This document shows positions 28,014 through 37,068 of a stretch of DNA of 64,000 nucleotides, piece after piece. The translations under genes were made by a program, and so were the position numbers. Each line of letters opens with the position of its first letter. Position 1 is the stretch's first letter. The stretch is from Escherichia coli (GTDB lineage Bacteria; Pseudomonadota; Gammaproteobacteria; Enterobacterales; Enterobacteriaceae): the NCBI RefSeq assembly GCF_001677475.2, contig NZ_CP015229.1; one strand, given 5' to 3'. The notes beneath the pieces are model-generated. The model had not been told where the DNA came from and made no database searches. It saw nothing but the letters and a program-made list of their open reading frames with translations.

Positions 28014-30249
28014 AGGTGTGATTAAAACGCCCACGGGAGAAGCGCTGGGCGGCGCAACCATTACTCTGACCTCCCTGCACAACCGTGCAGGGATCCTGAA
28101 AGGTGTTTTCAGCCACGTAACCACACAGAGCGGGGAGTACGACTTTTCCGTTCAGCCGGGTGTGTACAGCGTTCGCCTGACACAAAGCGAACAGCGCCTT
28201 TCAGAAATCGGTGTCATTCGTGTTTATGAAGATTCACAGGACGGTTCACTGAATGATTTTCTGGGTGCAACCGATATTGACCTGCGCCCGGAAGCCCTGA
28301 AGAAATTCGAAGAACTGGCGCAACAGGCGCAGCAAAGCGCGGAAGAAGCCGGAGAGCACGCGGACGCGGCTGAACAGGCCCGCCAGGATACAGAAACCCT
28401 CGCCGGGGAAATACGGCAGGATGCAGAAGAAATTGCAGGCAATGTGCAGAAAGCTGAAGAGCTTGCCTCTGAAACCAGTCAGAATGCAGCCCGCGCAGAG
28501 CAGGCCGTTAAGGATGCCGACACGATAGTCCGGAAAGCGGTCGATAAACTTGCTGATGCTGCAACGCTGACCGGCGAGGCAAAAGCCAGTGCCAAAGCTG
28601 CCGCACAAAGCGAACAGAATGCGGAAAATCACGCTGATAATGCAGCACAAAGCGCACAGCAGACCGCACAGGATGTGCAGGCAACGGTAACAGCCCGCAG
28701 TGATGCGGAACGTTTTGCGGGTGAGGCAGAAAACAGCGCACAGTCATCAGGCACAGCGCGGGACGAATCAGTCGATGCCGCCGAACGCGCCCGCCTTTAT
28801 CATAATGCCGCATCATCAGCTGCAACCAGCGCGGAAAATGCAGCAAATGCTGCACTCGGGCATGAAAACAGCGCCGCCGAATACGCCCGACAGGCTAAAG
28901 CCAGCCAGGATGCAGGTGCAGACAATGCGCAGGAAGCGAAACAGTACAGGGATGAGGCGCAGCAGATAGTTGATGACCTGAATGCAACAAATGCCTCCAC
29001 GACAGAAAAAGGTCTGGTGCAACTGTGTAGTGATACGGACAACGACAGCGAGGAACTGGCTGCCACGCCAAAGGCTGTCAAAACCGTCATGGACGAGACG
29101 AAAACAAAAGCGCCACTGGACAGCCCGGCCTTCACCGGCACCCCAACCACCCCAACCCCACCGGATGATGCCGCCGGTCTGGAAGCAGCGAACGCAGCGT
29201 TTGTGCGCAAACTGCTTGCTGCGCTGGTTGGCTCATCGCCGGAAGTTCTGGACACCCTGAACGAGCTGGCAGCGGCGCTGGGCAATGACCCGAACTTTGC
29301 GACGACAATCACAAACGCGCTGGCAGGCAAACAACCGCTTAATGACGTCTTAACGGCAATCAGCGCACTGACGCAACGGGCAGATAATCTTCTGTACTTC
29401 AATACAGACGGGAATGCCTCACTGTCTCTGCTGTCAGAGAAGGGCCGCGCATTGCTGGCGCATGACACGGCTGAAGCCATGCGCACGGAGCTTGAGCTGA
29501 GCACGGCTGCGACGATGGAACCCCAGAGTGATATCCGTGACCGCACACCGGGCAGGCTGGCCCTGTCCGGGATGTATGGGTTTGGACAGGCATTCACCAG
29601 CGCCGAAGCTCTGTCATTTAACGGACAGGCTGATTTCGTTATATGGCTGCAGACAGTCACCCCGGGGCGTTATGCGGTCAGTATTGCGGACTCCTCCACG
29701 CTGCTGGTGGGCACCACGAAATTTAACGGTATCATTGATGTGATGTGGTCACCCTCTGATAACGATGGTTCAGACTCAGCGCGTAAATTCAAAACGCTGC
29801 TGTACTACAACCAGTATTACGAGGATGAGCACAGCATACATTGTATGCGTTATCGCTACAGTGGTAACAGCTGGAATGCAACATCAAGCCTTATTGTGTA
29901 TGACGGCAACTCCCTGGCATATCTGATGTCCTCAACCGCCGGTAATGGTCCGTTCTCATATTACCAATACCCGGCCGTCGGTGTGCCGATTATGGCGGTA
30001 TATCAGGGAGAAAGTTTTGGTGAAAATGCTTCTCTGGGACTCGGTGATACTGTGCCGGGTTCCCGTCTTGGTCCTCTGGCCATGAGTGCACAGGTTAGTG
30101 ATACAGGGACATACGCATCCTCACCGCAGGTTGTGATTGGCGGTGCCGGTGAATACAACTTCCCCGGTCGTTACACGGCGCTTTCGGGCCTGGGTAACAA
30201 TTATGGTACTCAGCGTGGCTTTATCGGTCTTTTTGTACGCATTGAGTAA
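28000..30249 (+). CDS. second, long tail fibre (prophage side-tail-fibre type)
   Basis: 749 aa; N-terminus MPQLKGVIKTPTGEALGG.TITL typical of StfR/StfE-type fibres, long A/E/Q coiled coil, fibre repeat (TTEKGLVQLCSDTDNDSEELAATPKAVK). Confidence 0.8.
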   Translation: MPQLKGVIKTPTGEALGGATITLTSLHNRAGILKGVFSHVTTQSGEYDFSVQPGVYSVRLTQSEQRLSEIGVIRVYEDSQDGSLNDFLGATDIDLRPEALKKFEELAQQAQQSAEEAGEHADAAEQARQDTETLAGEIRQDAEEIAGNVQKAEELASETSQNAARAEQAVKDADTIVRKAVDKLADAATLTGEAKASAKAAAQSEQNAENHADNAAQSAQQTAQDVQATVTARSDAERFAGEAENSAQSSGTARDESVDAAERARLYHNAASSAATSAENAANAALGHENSAAEYARQAKASQDAGADNAQEAKQYRDEAQQIVDDLNATNASTTEKGLVQLCSDTDNDSEELAATPKAVKTVMDETKTKAPLDSPAFTGTPTTPTPPDDAAGLEAANAAFVRKLLAALVGSSPEVLDTLNELAAALGNDPNFATTITNALAGKQPLNDVLTAISALTQRADNLLYFNTDGNASLSLLSEKGRALLAHDTAEAMRTELELSTAATMEPQSDIRDRTPGRLALSGMYGFGQAFTSAEALSFNGQADFVIWLQTVTPGRYAVSIADSSTLLVGTTKFNGIIDVMWSPSDNDGSDSARKFKTLLYYNQYYEDEHSIHCMRYRYSGNSWNATSSLIVYDGNSLAYLMSSTAGNGPFSYYQYPAVGVPIMAVYQGESFGENASLGLGDTVPGSRLGPLAMSAQVSDTGTYASSPQVVIGGAGEYNFPGRYTALSGLGNNYGTQRGFIGLFVRIE

Positions 30250-30263
30250 TGAGGAAATCAGGC

Positions 30264-30839
30264 ATGAAAATCAGAGCGGTGAAAGGTATCAGAAACGCAC
30301 ATTATCTTGAAAATGGTGCGGTTGACTGCGAGGTGTTATTTGAAGGTGAAACGGAGTTCGCCCTGTATACTGCCATACAGGATGATATGGCCCCGACAGG
30401 CCAGCACATCTGGCAGGAGCTGCAAAGCGGGAAATGGGGCGAAATCGCCCCGTTCACCGTCACGCCGGAACTTATTGCAGCGGCAAAGGATGCCAAAAGG
30501 CGGGAAATTGAGGCATGGCGCGACAGTCAGGAAAACGTTGAGTTTATTTTCACGTTTGATGGCCGTCGTTTTGATGGCGGAAAAACCTCGCAGTCACGCC
30601 TTGCCCCCGTGGTTGCAGCAGCGCAGGCCGGACTGCTTCCGGAGGGATTTTTCTGGACTGATGCGGATAATAACAACGTCGTACTGACCAGGGAGAAACT
30701 TATTGCGCTGAACGATGCCATGATGGTGGCCATGGTGGCGGAGGGCTTTAAAATCCACGAACGCCAGCGCGAGATGAAAGAGCAACTTTCCCTGCTGTCC
30801 ACACTGAGCGATATAAGAGCGTTAACGCCCGGTTATTAA
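30264..30839 (+). CDS. tail fibre assembly protein (Tfa-like)
   Basis: ATG at 30264 after GAGGAA; 191 aa with Tfa-type N-terminus. Confidence 0.75.
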   Translation: MKIRAVKGIRNAHYLENGAVDCEVLFEGETEFALYTAIQDDMAPTGQHIWQELQSGKWGEIAPFTVTPELIAAAKDAKRREIEAWRDSQENVEFIFTFDGRRFDGGKTSQSRLAPVVAAAQAGLLPEGFFWTDADNNNVVLTREKLIALNDAMMVAMVAEGFKIHERQREMKEQLSLLSTLSDIRALTPGY

Positions 30840-30863
30840 GTCATCATTTTGTATAGTTTATAA

Positions 30864-30887
30864 CGATCGATACAATCGTATCGATCG
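30864..30887. promoter_or_regulatory. 10-bp inverted repeat carrying two GATC sites upstream of com-mom
   Basis: CGATCGATAC-aatc-GTATCGATCG; GATC at 30865 and 30883; Mu mom is known to be Dam/OxyR-controlled through upstream GATCs. Confidence 0.5.
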
Positions 30888-30961
30888 TCAGTTTGCATCA
30901 TCTGTGATTAAATACCCTGGCCCTCAGGGCTATCGTATCTGGTTAATACACAGGTGGGATC

Positions 30962-31147
30962 ATGGATGCTGTTCGTTGTAAAAACTGCAATAAATTGCTG
31001 TTTAAAGGAAGTTTTAAGCATATAGAAATCAAATGCCCTCGTTGTAAACGTTACATTGTCATGTCGAGTGCCCGGGAGCATCCCACGGAGCTGTATTGTG
31101 GGAAAAGAGAAGAAATCACGCATCCTTACAAAACCCTGCGTTATTGA
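30962..31147 (+). CDS. com: Com zinc-finger translational activator of mom
   Basis: 61 aa, C..C...17 aa...C..C (CKNCNKLLF...IKCPRCKRY), overlaps mom start as in Mu. Confidence 0.9.
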   Translation: MDAVRCKNCNKLLFKGSFKHIEIKCPRCKRYIVMSSAREHPTELYCGKREEITHPYKTLRY

Positions 31148-31793
31148 GTATGAAGGCCGTATTGTCGGCTATGGTTCAAGGGAACTGCGCGTTGAAACCA
31201 TATCCTGCTGGCTGGCCCGCACAATCATTCAGACAAAGCACTATTCCCGCCGTTTTGTGAATAACTCCTGGTTGCATCTGGGGGTATTCAGCGGACGTGA
31301 TCTGGTTGGCGTTCTCCAGTGGGGATACGCCCTTAATCCCAACTCAGGGCGTCGGGTCGTGCTGGAAACGGATAACCGGGGCTATATGGAACTGAACCGC
31401 ATGTGGTTACACGACGACATGCCCCGCAACTCTGAATCACGGGCTATCAGCTACGCACTGAAAACCATCAGGTTACTGTATCCATCAGTGGAGTGGGTTC
31501 AGTCCTTTGCAGACGAACGCTGCGGACGTGCAGGTGTTGTGTATCAGGCATCTAATTTTGATTTTATTGGTAGCCATGAAAGCACGTTCTACGAGCTGGA
31601 CGGCGAGTGGTATCACGAGATAACGATGAACGCGATTAAGCGTGGAGGACAACGAGGCGAGTATTTGCGGGCTAATAAGGAGCGGGCGGTGGTACACAAA
31701 TTTAATCAGTATCGCTACATCAGATTCCTGAACAAGCGCGCAAAAAAGCGACTAAATACTAAGCTATTCAGGATTCAGCCATACCCGAAGTGA
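31098..31793 (+). CDS. mom: Mom DNA-modification protein
   Basis: GTG at 31098 with GGAG 7 nt upstream gives 231 aa (length I recall for Mu Mom); sequence [46 protein letters not shown]. Confidence 0.85.
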   Translation: MGKEKKSRILTKPCVIEYEGRIVGYGSRELRVETISCWLARTIIQTKHYSRRFVNNSWLHLGVFSGRDLVGVLQWGYALNPNSGRRVVLETDNRGYMELNRMWLHDDMPRNSESRAISYALKTIRLLYPSVEWVQSFADERCGRAGVVYQASNFDFIGSHESTFYELDGEWYHEITMNAIKRGGQRGEYLRANKERAVVHKFNQYRYIRFLNKRAKKRLNTKLFRIQPYPK

Positions 31794-31810
31794 TCCCACG
31801 TAATGAATAA

Positions 31811-31837
31811 AAAAGCAGCGGCCAATGCCGCTGTTTT
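31811..31837 (+). terminator. intrinsic terminator after mom
   Basis: CAGCGGC-CAAT-GCCGCTG followed by TTTT. Confidence 0.75.
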
Positions 31838-32227
<390 letters not shown>

Positions 32228-32356
32228 TTACCCGATTCTACGAGTTGTCATTTGTTACCGGTCAGTCTACACATTTCAGATGCTGCGTTAAAAAACCCAA
32301 GTACTTCAAGTAGCACATCGTCATCAACACCCAGCCCCAAGATACGGTGATAAAAT

Positions 32357-33391
32357 TCAAGCCTTAAGAGGCTTTGTGTATGTTCGTGTAATCCATCCAG
32401 TAATAAACTCGTCCCCTGATTTAACCTGCACGAAAAGCCATTGGCGATCTTTTTTATCTAAAACAGCCACTATAGTATTTTTGCCAATGCATTCAATCAC
32501 CTCACTATTTATAGAAGGACTGACGTGTAATCTTACGTTCTCACCAGTTATAAAACGAAAACCATTGAGATCTTCCCAACTAATTTCTTTGTTTTCTTTA
32601 ATTAATTGTTGTTTTGATATTGGTTTATCCTCAAACAGAGATATAAAATATGATTCTGCCTTGTGTATTCCCAGCAAGGTTTTCTCTTTTCCGTAATCAA
32701 TAAAAGCACCAAACACAACTTGAGAAAATATAACCATTAGTAACCATTGCAGTGGATAAGGAAGCTCTTTAAATGAATCAACAAACTTTGAGCTAGGTTT
32801 ATTTAATCCTTTATTTTGAACATTACTTTTGGTGTGTGATGTTTCAGTAGCACCTTCAGCATAAGCCTGCGCAATAGATGAAATCCCCTGCTCTATTATT
32901 TGATGTAATGAAGCATTTCTTGTTCTAGCATAGTGATCTAGTACTTTCTTTATGTCTTGGCTTACATCTGTTTTATAACTTGCACTTTGTTGTAATTCTT
33001 TAAGTATCGCTTGCATGTTATTTAAACCAGCTTGCTTATTAAGCACCTCAAGCTGTTTTCGTAATGGCATAGCTATTTCGGCCTGTTTCCTTAGCATTTG
33101 AATATATCTATTTGCGTCATGAGGGAAAAGAGCCTGAGTCTGTTTCTGTAAAATCGCGATATGTTCACGATACTTGCTGCCTATTCCAGCCAAGTTCGGC
33201 ATACTAGCCAATTGTTTTCGAAGAGAGTTACTAATTACAGCTTGTCTATTCAATCTTGTCATATTTTGAAAAGAATGTTTTTCTATTCCTAATTGTTTTT
33301 GCAAGATCGCTACGTGATCTTTGTATGATGGAATGAGCACTGACTGTTTATACAGTAACTTCAACTCATTAGAATTAGTAATTTTTGTCAT
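32357..33391 (-). CDS. repeat-containing protein with one TM segment and C-terminal SH3b-like domain
   Basis: ATG at 33391 (the track start 33424 is TTG); five L(Q/R)KQ repeats, TM LQWLLMVIFSQVVFGAFIDYG, C-terminus ...RLHVSPSINSEVI..IGKNTIVAVLDKKDRQWLFVQVKSGDEFITGWI; AT-rich. Confidence 0.6.
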   Translation of the reverse strand: MTKITNSNELKLLYKQSVLIPSYKDHVAILQKQLGIEKHSFQNMTRLNRQAVISNSLRKQLASMPNLAGIGSKYREHIAILQKQTQALFPHDANRYIQMLRKQAEIAMPLRKQLEVLNKQAGLNNMQAILKELQQSASYKTDVSQDIKKVLDHYARTRNASLHQIIEQGISSIAQAYAEGATETSHTKSNVQNKGLNKPSSKFVDSFKELPYPLQWLLMVIFSQVVFGAFIDYGKEKTLLGIHKAESYFISLFEDKPISKQQLIKENKEISWEDLNGFRFITGENVRLHVSPSINSEVIECIGKNTIVAVLDKKDRQWLFVQVKSGDEFITGWITRTYTKPLKA

Positions 33392-33465
33392 ATTATTCCA
33401 TTTATATAATAGAATATTACGCAACCAATGTTTTATTGATTGCGTTAATCTTTAACACAGAAAGA

Positions 33466-33942
33466 TCATTTGCCTCGTTTAATACATCCATCCATTTTGG
33501 CTTGTTGATACAACTTACTTAGCCCAGAAAGAGGGAATGTAGCAATTTTTTCATTATCAACATAAGCATCAATCATATTAGCATTTGAATCTGCTGCATC
33601 TTGCCAAAAGGCATACCACCAAGAATCTCCAACCATTGATCCAAGATTGCTAAAAGGATATTGCTCACCATCTATAGTTAATACTATTTTATTCTTGTCA
33701 GCATTATACTCTTTTTTATTATTCGACGAACTTAGCAACAAGCCTAAACTACCTGCACTATCTGGTGAACCATACATGAATCCCATATCACATAAAAAAC
33801 TTATCTTATCACCATTATGATTATGGATTGTATATTCTCTCCCCCCTCTCTCTTCAATTACATTCCATTGTAGAGGATCAATTTTTGCAAATGTTCCTGC
33901 TGAAACTAACGATACAAATAATAAAAACCATCTCATATTCAT
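33466..33942 (-). CDS. secreted/periplasmic protein of unknown function
   Basis: Signal peptide MNMRWFLLFVSLVSAGTFA-KI; 158 aa; AT-rich. Confidence 0.6.
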   Translation of the reverse strand: MNMRWFLLFVSLVSAGTFAKIDPLQWNVIEERGGREYTIHNHNGDKISFLCDMGFMYGSPDSAGSLGLLLSSSNNKKEYNADKNKIVLTIDGEQYPFSNLGSMVGDSWWYAFWQDAADSNANMIDAYVDNEKIATFPLSGLSKLYQQAKMDGCIKRGK

Positions 33943-33964
33943 TCTTTTCGCTTCTTATCTGTAA

Positions 33965-34315
33965 TTATTCTGCAATATCATTTGCCCATTGCACGGCAGC
34001 AAAATGAGTACCCAAACCACTCAGGAAAGCAATTACCCCCAAAACAATACTTGCTGCTGTTGATTCAAACAAAGTACCAATACTATAGCCAATAGCTCCC
34101 CATACTAAGCTAAATACAATCATCAATGGTATTGCCAGAAATTTTATTCTTAAACTAAAAATCAGTCCAAGAAAAGAACCGCCAAAGGCCCACCATGATT
34201 TAGACATTAAACCTATCAGTATTGACAGAATTCCTATTTCAATAAAGAGAATATTAGATTGCTCTTCATTGAATTTCGCATTTGTTACACCTTTACGAAC
34301 ATGTTCAGATGACAT
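33965..34315 (-). CDS. small 4-TM inner-membrane protein
   Basis: 116 aa with four hydrophobic spans; first gene of the minus-strand AT-rich cassette divergent from immI. Confidence 0.6.
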   Translation of the reverse strand: MSSEHVRKGVTNAKFNEEQSNILFIEIGILSILIGLMSKSWWAFGGSFLGLIFSLRIKFLAIPLMIVFSLVWGAIGYSIGTLFESTAASIVLGVIAFLSGLGTHFAAVQWANDIAE

Positions 34316-34461
34316 GATTAACTATCTCCTGCCACAGATAAAACGCCTTAAAATAACATTTTGTAGCATAAAGTTTCACCATGCAATGGTCAAAATCTTT
34401 GACCCATATCAATTAAACTCATACATTTTAGTTACCAGGGAAATAATTTACATGGTTACAA

Positions 34462-34478
34462 GTTGCTCTAATTATTTT
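34462..34478 (+). promoter_or_regulatory. C1 repressor operator (Op51-like)
   Basis: GTTGCTCTAATTATTTT, 14/17 to the P1 consensus ATTGCTCTAATAAATTT; upstream of immI. Confidence 0.6.
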
Positions 34479-34604
34479 ATTTTTTTAGCTTCATATGCTA
34501 CATTAACTTGCTTGCGTGCTAATGCATTTTCGGTTTATCCTAAACAGGCATCTTAGTAAAATGGATGCCGGGATTGGAACCCCGGATAATGCAAAAGGCG
34601 ACAC

Positions 34605-34627
34605 AGACGCCAAAAGCGTCTTTTTTT
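34605..34627 (+). terminator. strong intrinsic terminator upstream of c4
   Basis: AGACGC-CAAAA-GCGTCT + T7. Confidence 0.7.
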
Positions 34628-34676
34628 GTGTCATGCCATCGCACAGCCATACGTAGCACATAGCTCCGAGATCAAT

Positions 34677-34756
34677 GGTAGTGCTGGCTGGGCTGCCGAA
34701 AGGCAGGCCGGTTCCCTTTTGCGCCGGTAGTTCCAACCCAGTCAGTGCTACCGCCA
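34677..34756 (+). ncRNA. c4: c4 antisense immunity RNA (tRNA-like, RNase P substrate type)
   Basis: 11-bp terminal helix GGTAGTGCTGG/TCAGTGCTACC followed by GCCA; loop GTTCCAACCC complementary to ATTGGAAC at 34573-34580 and 34762-34769 (just upstream of the icd RBS). Confidence 0.65.
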
Positions 34757-34812
34757 TTGAGATTGGAACCTCACGCGGTAGCTCCTTAAATTAGCAAAAG
34801 GAGGCTGCCATT

Positions 34813-35034
34813 GTGGCTACTATCCCTACCCCTACTCATCCTGAATTTATCTGGCGCTTTTACTCCTGCCAAAAACACCACTATCACTTCGTTATCGCAG
34901 CAACAGAAGACGAAGCACGCTCTCAATTGCCTGATGGCCCCTGCATTTTTACTGCCCGTTTTTCAACTAACTCGCGCAATTCACTTAGTTACTGGAACCT
35001 CCCCTTCTCTGCCGACGTTCAGGGGGGTTTATGA
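34813..35034 (+). CDS. icd: Icd cell-division inhibitor / ant translational coupler
   Basis: 73 aa (P1 Icd length as I recall), GTG start after AAAGGAGG, stop overlaps ant start (ATGA). Confidence 0.75.
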   Translation: MATIPTPTHPEFIWRFYSCQKHHYHFVIAATEDEARSQLPDGPCIFTARFSTNSRNSLSYWNLPFSADVQGGL

Positions 35035-36074
35035 AAAAACCTCTCGTCACCCGGAATGAAATAGCCGAAGCGATCGCCCTGCATACTGCCTGTATGCCGA
35101 CACGGGAGATCCCCGGCGCAATTGCCAACTATTTCATGATAACCAAGCGTTTTTATACCCGGATAGATAAGGCTGTGATCAACAGGCTACTGATAGCCGA
35201 GATCAGGGATTATTTGATTGAACAAGGACGTCTACGTTACGCAACAGTGGCAGCAGAAATGAGAAAGGAGGCACATAGAATGACCGGTAATAATTTGAAT
35301 GTTGAAAAACCAGCACCTGTTGCTTCAGCTACGCCAGCACCAGCCGTGAATGTCATCCCCAACACCGGAGACACAATCGACAGCCAAACATTGTTGAAGA
35401 TGGTCAATGAGGCACGCAAGTTATGTGGAGAACCATTGGTTAGAAACAATAAATTCATCGAAAAAATACTCGACGAATTAGAAGGTGAGGACGGTTACAC
35501 AAAAAGTGCAACCGTGCCGCCAGGTGGCGGTACGCCTATGGTTGTCATAACCATGACCTACAAACAAGCCCTGCGAGTTGCCGCGCGCGAGTCAAAAGCG
35601 GTCCGCCGTTCGCTGATCGACAAACTGGAAGAATTGCAGCAGGCAAACTCCCCTGCCCCATCGATCCCCCAAACATTACCAGAAGCTCTACGCCTGGCTG
35701 CCGAGTTGGCAGAACAGAAAATGCAGTTGGAACAACAGCTGGTGGCCGCAGCCCCTAAAGTCGATTTTGCCGACCGGGTATCAGTGGCCAATGGAATCCT
35801 GATCGGGAACTTTGCAAAGGTCGTTGGACTTAAGCAAAACGCCCTTTTCTCATGGTTGCGCCAGAGCGGCATTCTCATGGCTTTTGGTGAGCGCAAAAAC
35901 GTACCGCGCCAGCAATACATTAATGCCGGGTATTTCACGGTGAAAGAAGTGGTGCTGGATGATGAAAATGGCTACCAGATACGGCTGACGCCCCAATTAA
36001 CGGGTAAAGGCCAGCAGTGGTTAACTCGCAAGCTACTTGATGCTGGTTTGTTAAAACCAGTAGCAATAGGTTAA
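35031..36074 (+). CDS. ant1: antirepressor Ant1 (Ant2 from an internal in-frame start)
   Basis: 347 aa; C-terminal KilA-C/ANT domain shared with KilA; immI position. Confidence 0.8.
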   Translation: MKKPLVTRNEIAEAIALHTACMPTREIPGAIANYFMITKRFYTRIDKAVINRLLIAEIRDYLIEQGRLRYATVAAEMRKEAHRMTGNNLNVEKPAPVASATPAPAVNVIPNTGDTIDSQTLLKMVNEARKLCGEPLVRNNKFIEKILDELEGEDGYTKSATVPPGGGTPMVVITMTYKQALRVAARESKAVRRSLIDKLEELQQANSPAPSIPQTLPEALRLAAELAEQKMQLEQQLVAAAPKVDFADRVSVANGILIGNFAKVVGLKQNALFSWLRQSGILMAFGERKNVPRQQYINAGYFTVKEVVLDDENGYQIRLTPQLTGKGQQWLTRKLLDAGLLKPVAIG

Positions 36075-36086
36075 TAAAAGAAAAAA

Positions 36087-36110
36087 ACCTGCCAGCAAAC
36101 TGGCAGGTTT
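36087..36110 (+). terminator. intrinsic terminator after ant
   Basis: ACCTGCCAG-CAAA-CTGGCAGGT + TT. Confidence 0.75.
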
Positions 36111-36152
36111 CTGAGCAGATCGTCCAACCCGATCTGGATCGAGTTAGAAAAA

Positions 36153-36169
36153 TTTGCTCTAATAAATTT
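36153..36169 (+). promoter_or_regulatory. C1 operator (Op53-like) controlling kilA-repL
   Basis: TTTGCTCTAATAAATTT, 16/17 to consensus, about 70 bp upstream of kilA. Confidence 0.8.
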
Positions 36170-36238
36170 CGTTTTATAAGTGCAAATAATCACCATTTCG
36201 AGCTGGTGATTGAAGGTTGATGCAAATTTGGAGAAAAA

Positions 36239-37039
36239 ATGCAACAAACATTCAATGCGGATATGAATATATCAAACCTTCATCAAAATGTCGATCCTTC
36301 AACCACTCTGCCCGTTATTTGTGGTGTTGAAATTACGACCGACCGCGCTGGCCGTTACAACCTTAATGCTCTACACAGAGCGAGCGGACTCGGTGCCCAT
36401 AAAGCGCCAGCTCAATGGCTAAGAACGCTGTCAGCCAAACAGCTCATCGAAGAGCTTGAAAAAGAAACTATGCAGAATTGCATAGTTTCGTTCGAAGGCC
36501 GTGGCGGCGGCACGTTTGCCCATGAATTGCTCGCTGTGGAGTACGCAGGCTGGATTTCTCCCGCGTTTCGGCTGAAGGTAAACCAGACATTTATCGACTA
36601 TCGAGCCGGAAGATTACAACCTGCTATTCCGCAGAGTCTCCCTGAAGCTCTCCGTTTGGCTGCCGACCTGGCAGAGCAAAAGCAACGGCTGGAGCAAAAA
36701 ATGCTTATGGATGCACCTAAAGTCGAATTCGCCGAACGCGTTGCTACCGCCAGCGGGGTTCTAATCGGCAACTATGCCAAAGTGCTCGGCCTGGGCCAAA
36801 ACTATCTCTTCACCTGGTTGCGTGATAACGGAATTCTGATCGCAACCGGTGAACGCAGGAACGTCCCCAAACAAGAATACATATCCCATGGGTATTTCAC
36901 CCTTAAAGAAACCGTGATCGATACAAGCAATGGAAGCAGGATTTCTTTCACGACTCGTATAACCGGCAAAGGTCAGCAGTGGCTGATGAAGCGATTGCTT
37001 GATGCTGGTGTGCTGGTACCTGTCGCGGCAACGCGCTAA
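36239..37039 (+). CDS. kilA: KilA (KilA-N + KilA-C domains)
   Basis: 266 aa; KilA-N motif (RYNLNALHRASG...KAP.QWLR); position before repL. Confidence 0.85.
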   Translation: MQQTFNADMNISNLHQNVDPSTTLPVICGVEITTDRAGRYNLNALHRASGLGAHKAPAQWLRTLSAKQLIEELEKETMQNCIVSFEGRGGGTFAHELLAVEYAGWISPAFRLKVNQTFIDYRAGRLQPAIPQSLPEALRLAADLAEQKQRLEQKMLMDAPKVEFAERVATASGVLIGNYAKVLGLGQNYLFTWLRDNGILIATGERRNVPKQEYISHGYFTLKETVIDTSNGSRISFTTRITGKGQQWLMKRLLDAGVLVPVAATR

Positions 37040-37068
37040 CAGACGTAGTAAGAACCACCAGCATTGTA

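Noticed and set aside
30840-30961. Search for a Gin-type invertase and G-segment inverted repeats between the fibre genes and com
   Set aside because: No recombinase ORF is present. The only palindrome is the 10-bp GATC-bearing repeat, which fits mom regulation rather than a recombination site.
34503-34757. 84-aa minus-strand ORF in immI
   Set aside because: - It lies antisense to the c4 RNA and to the + strand terminator.
- It has no translation signals.
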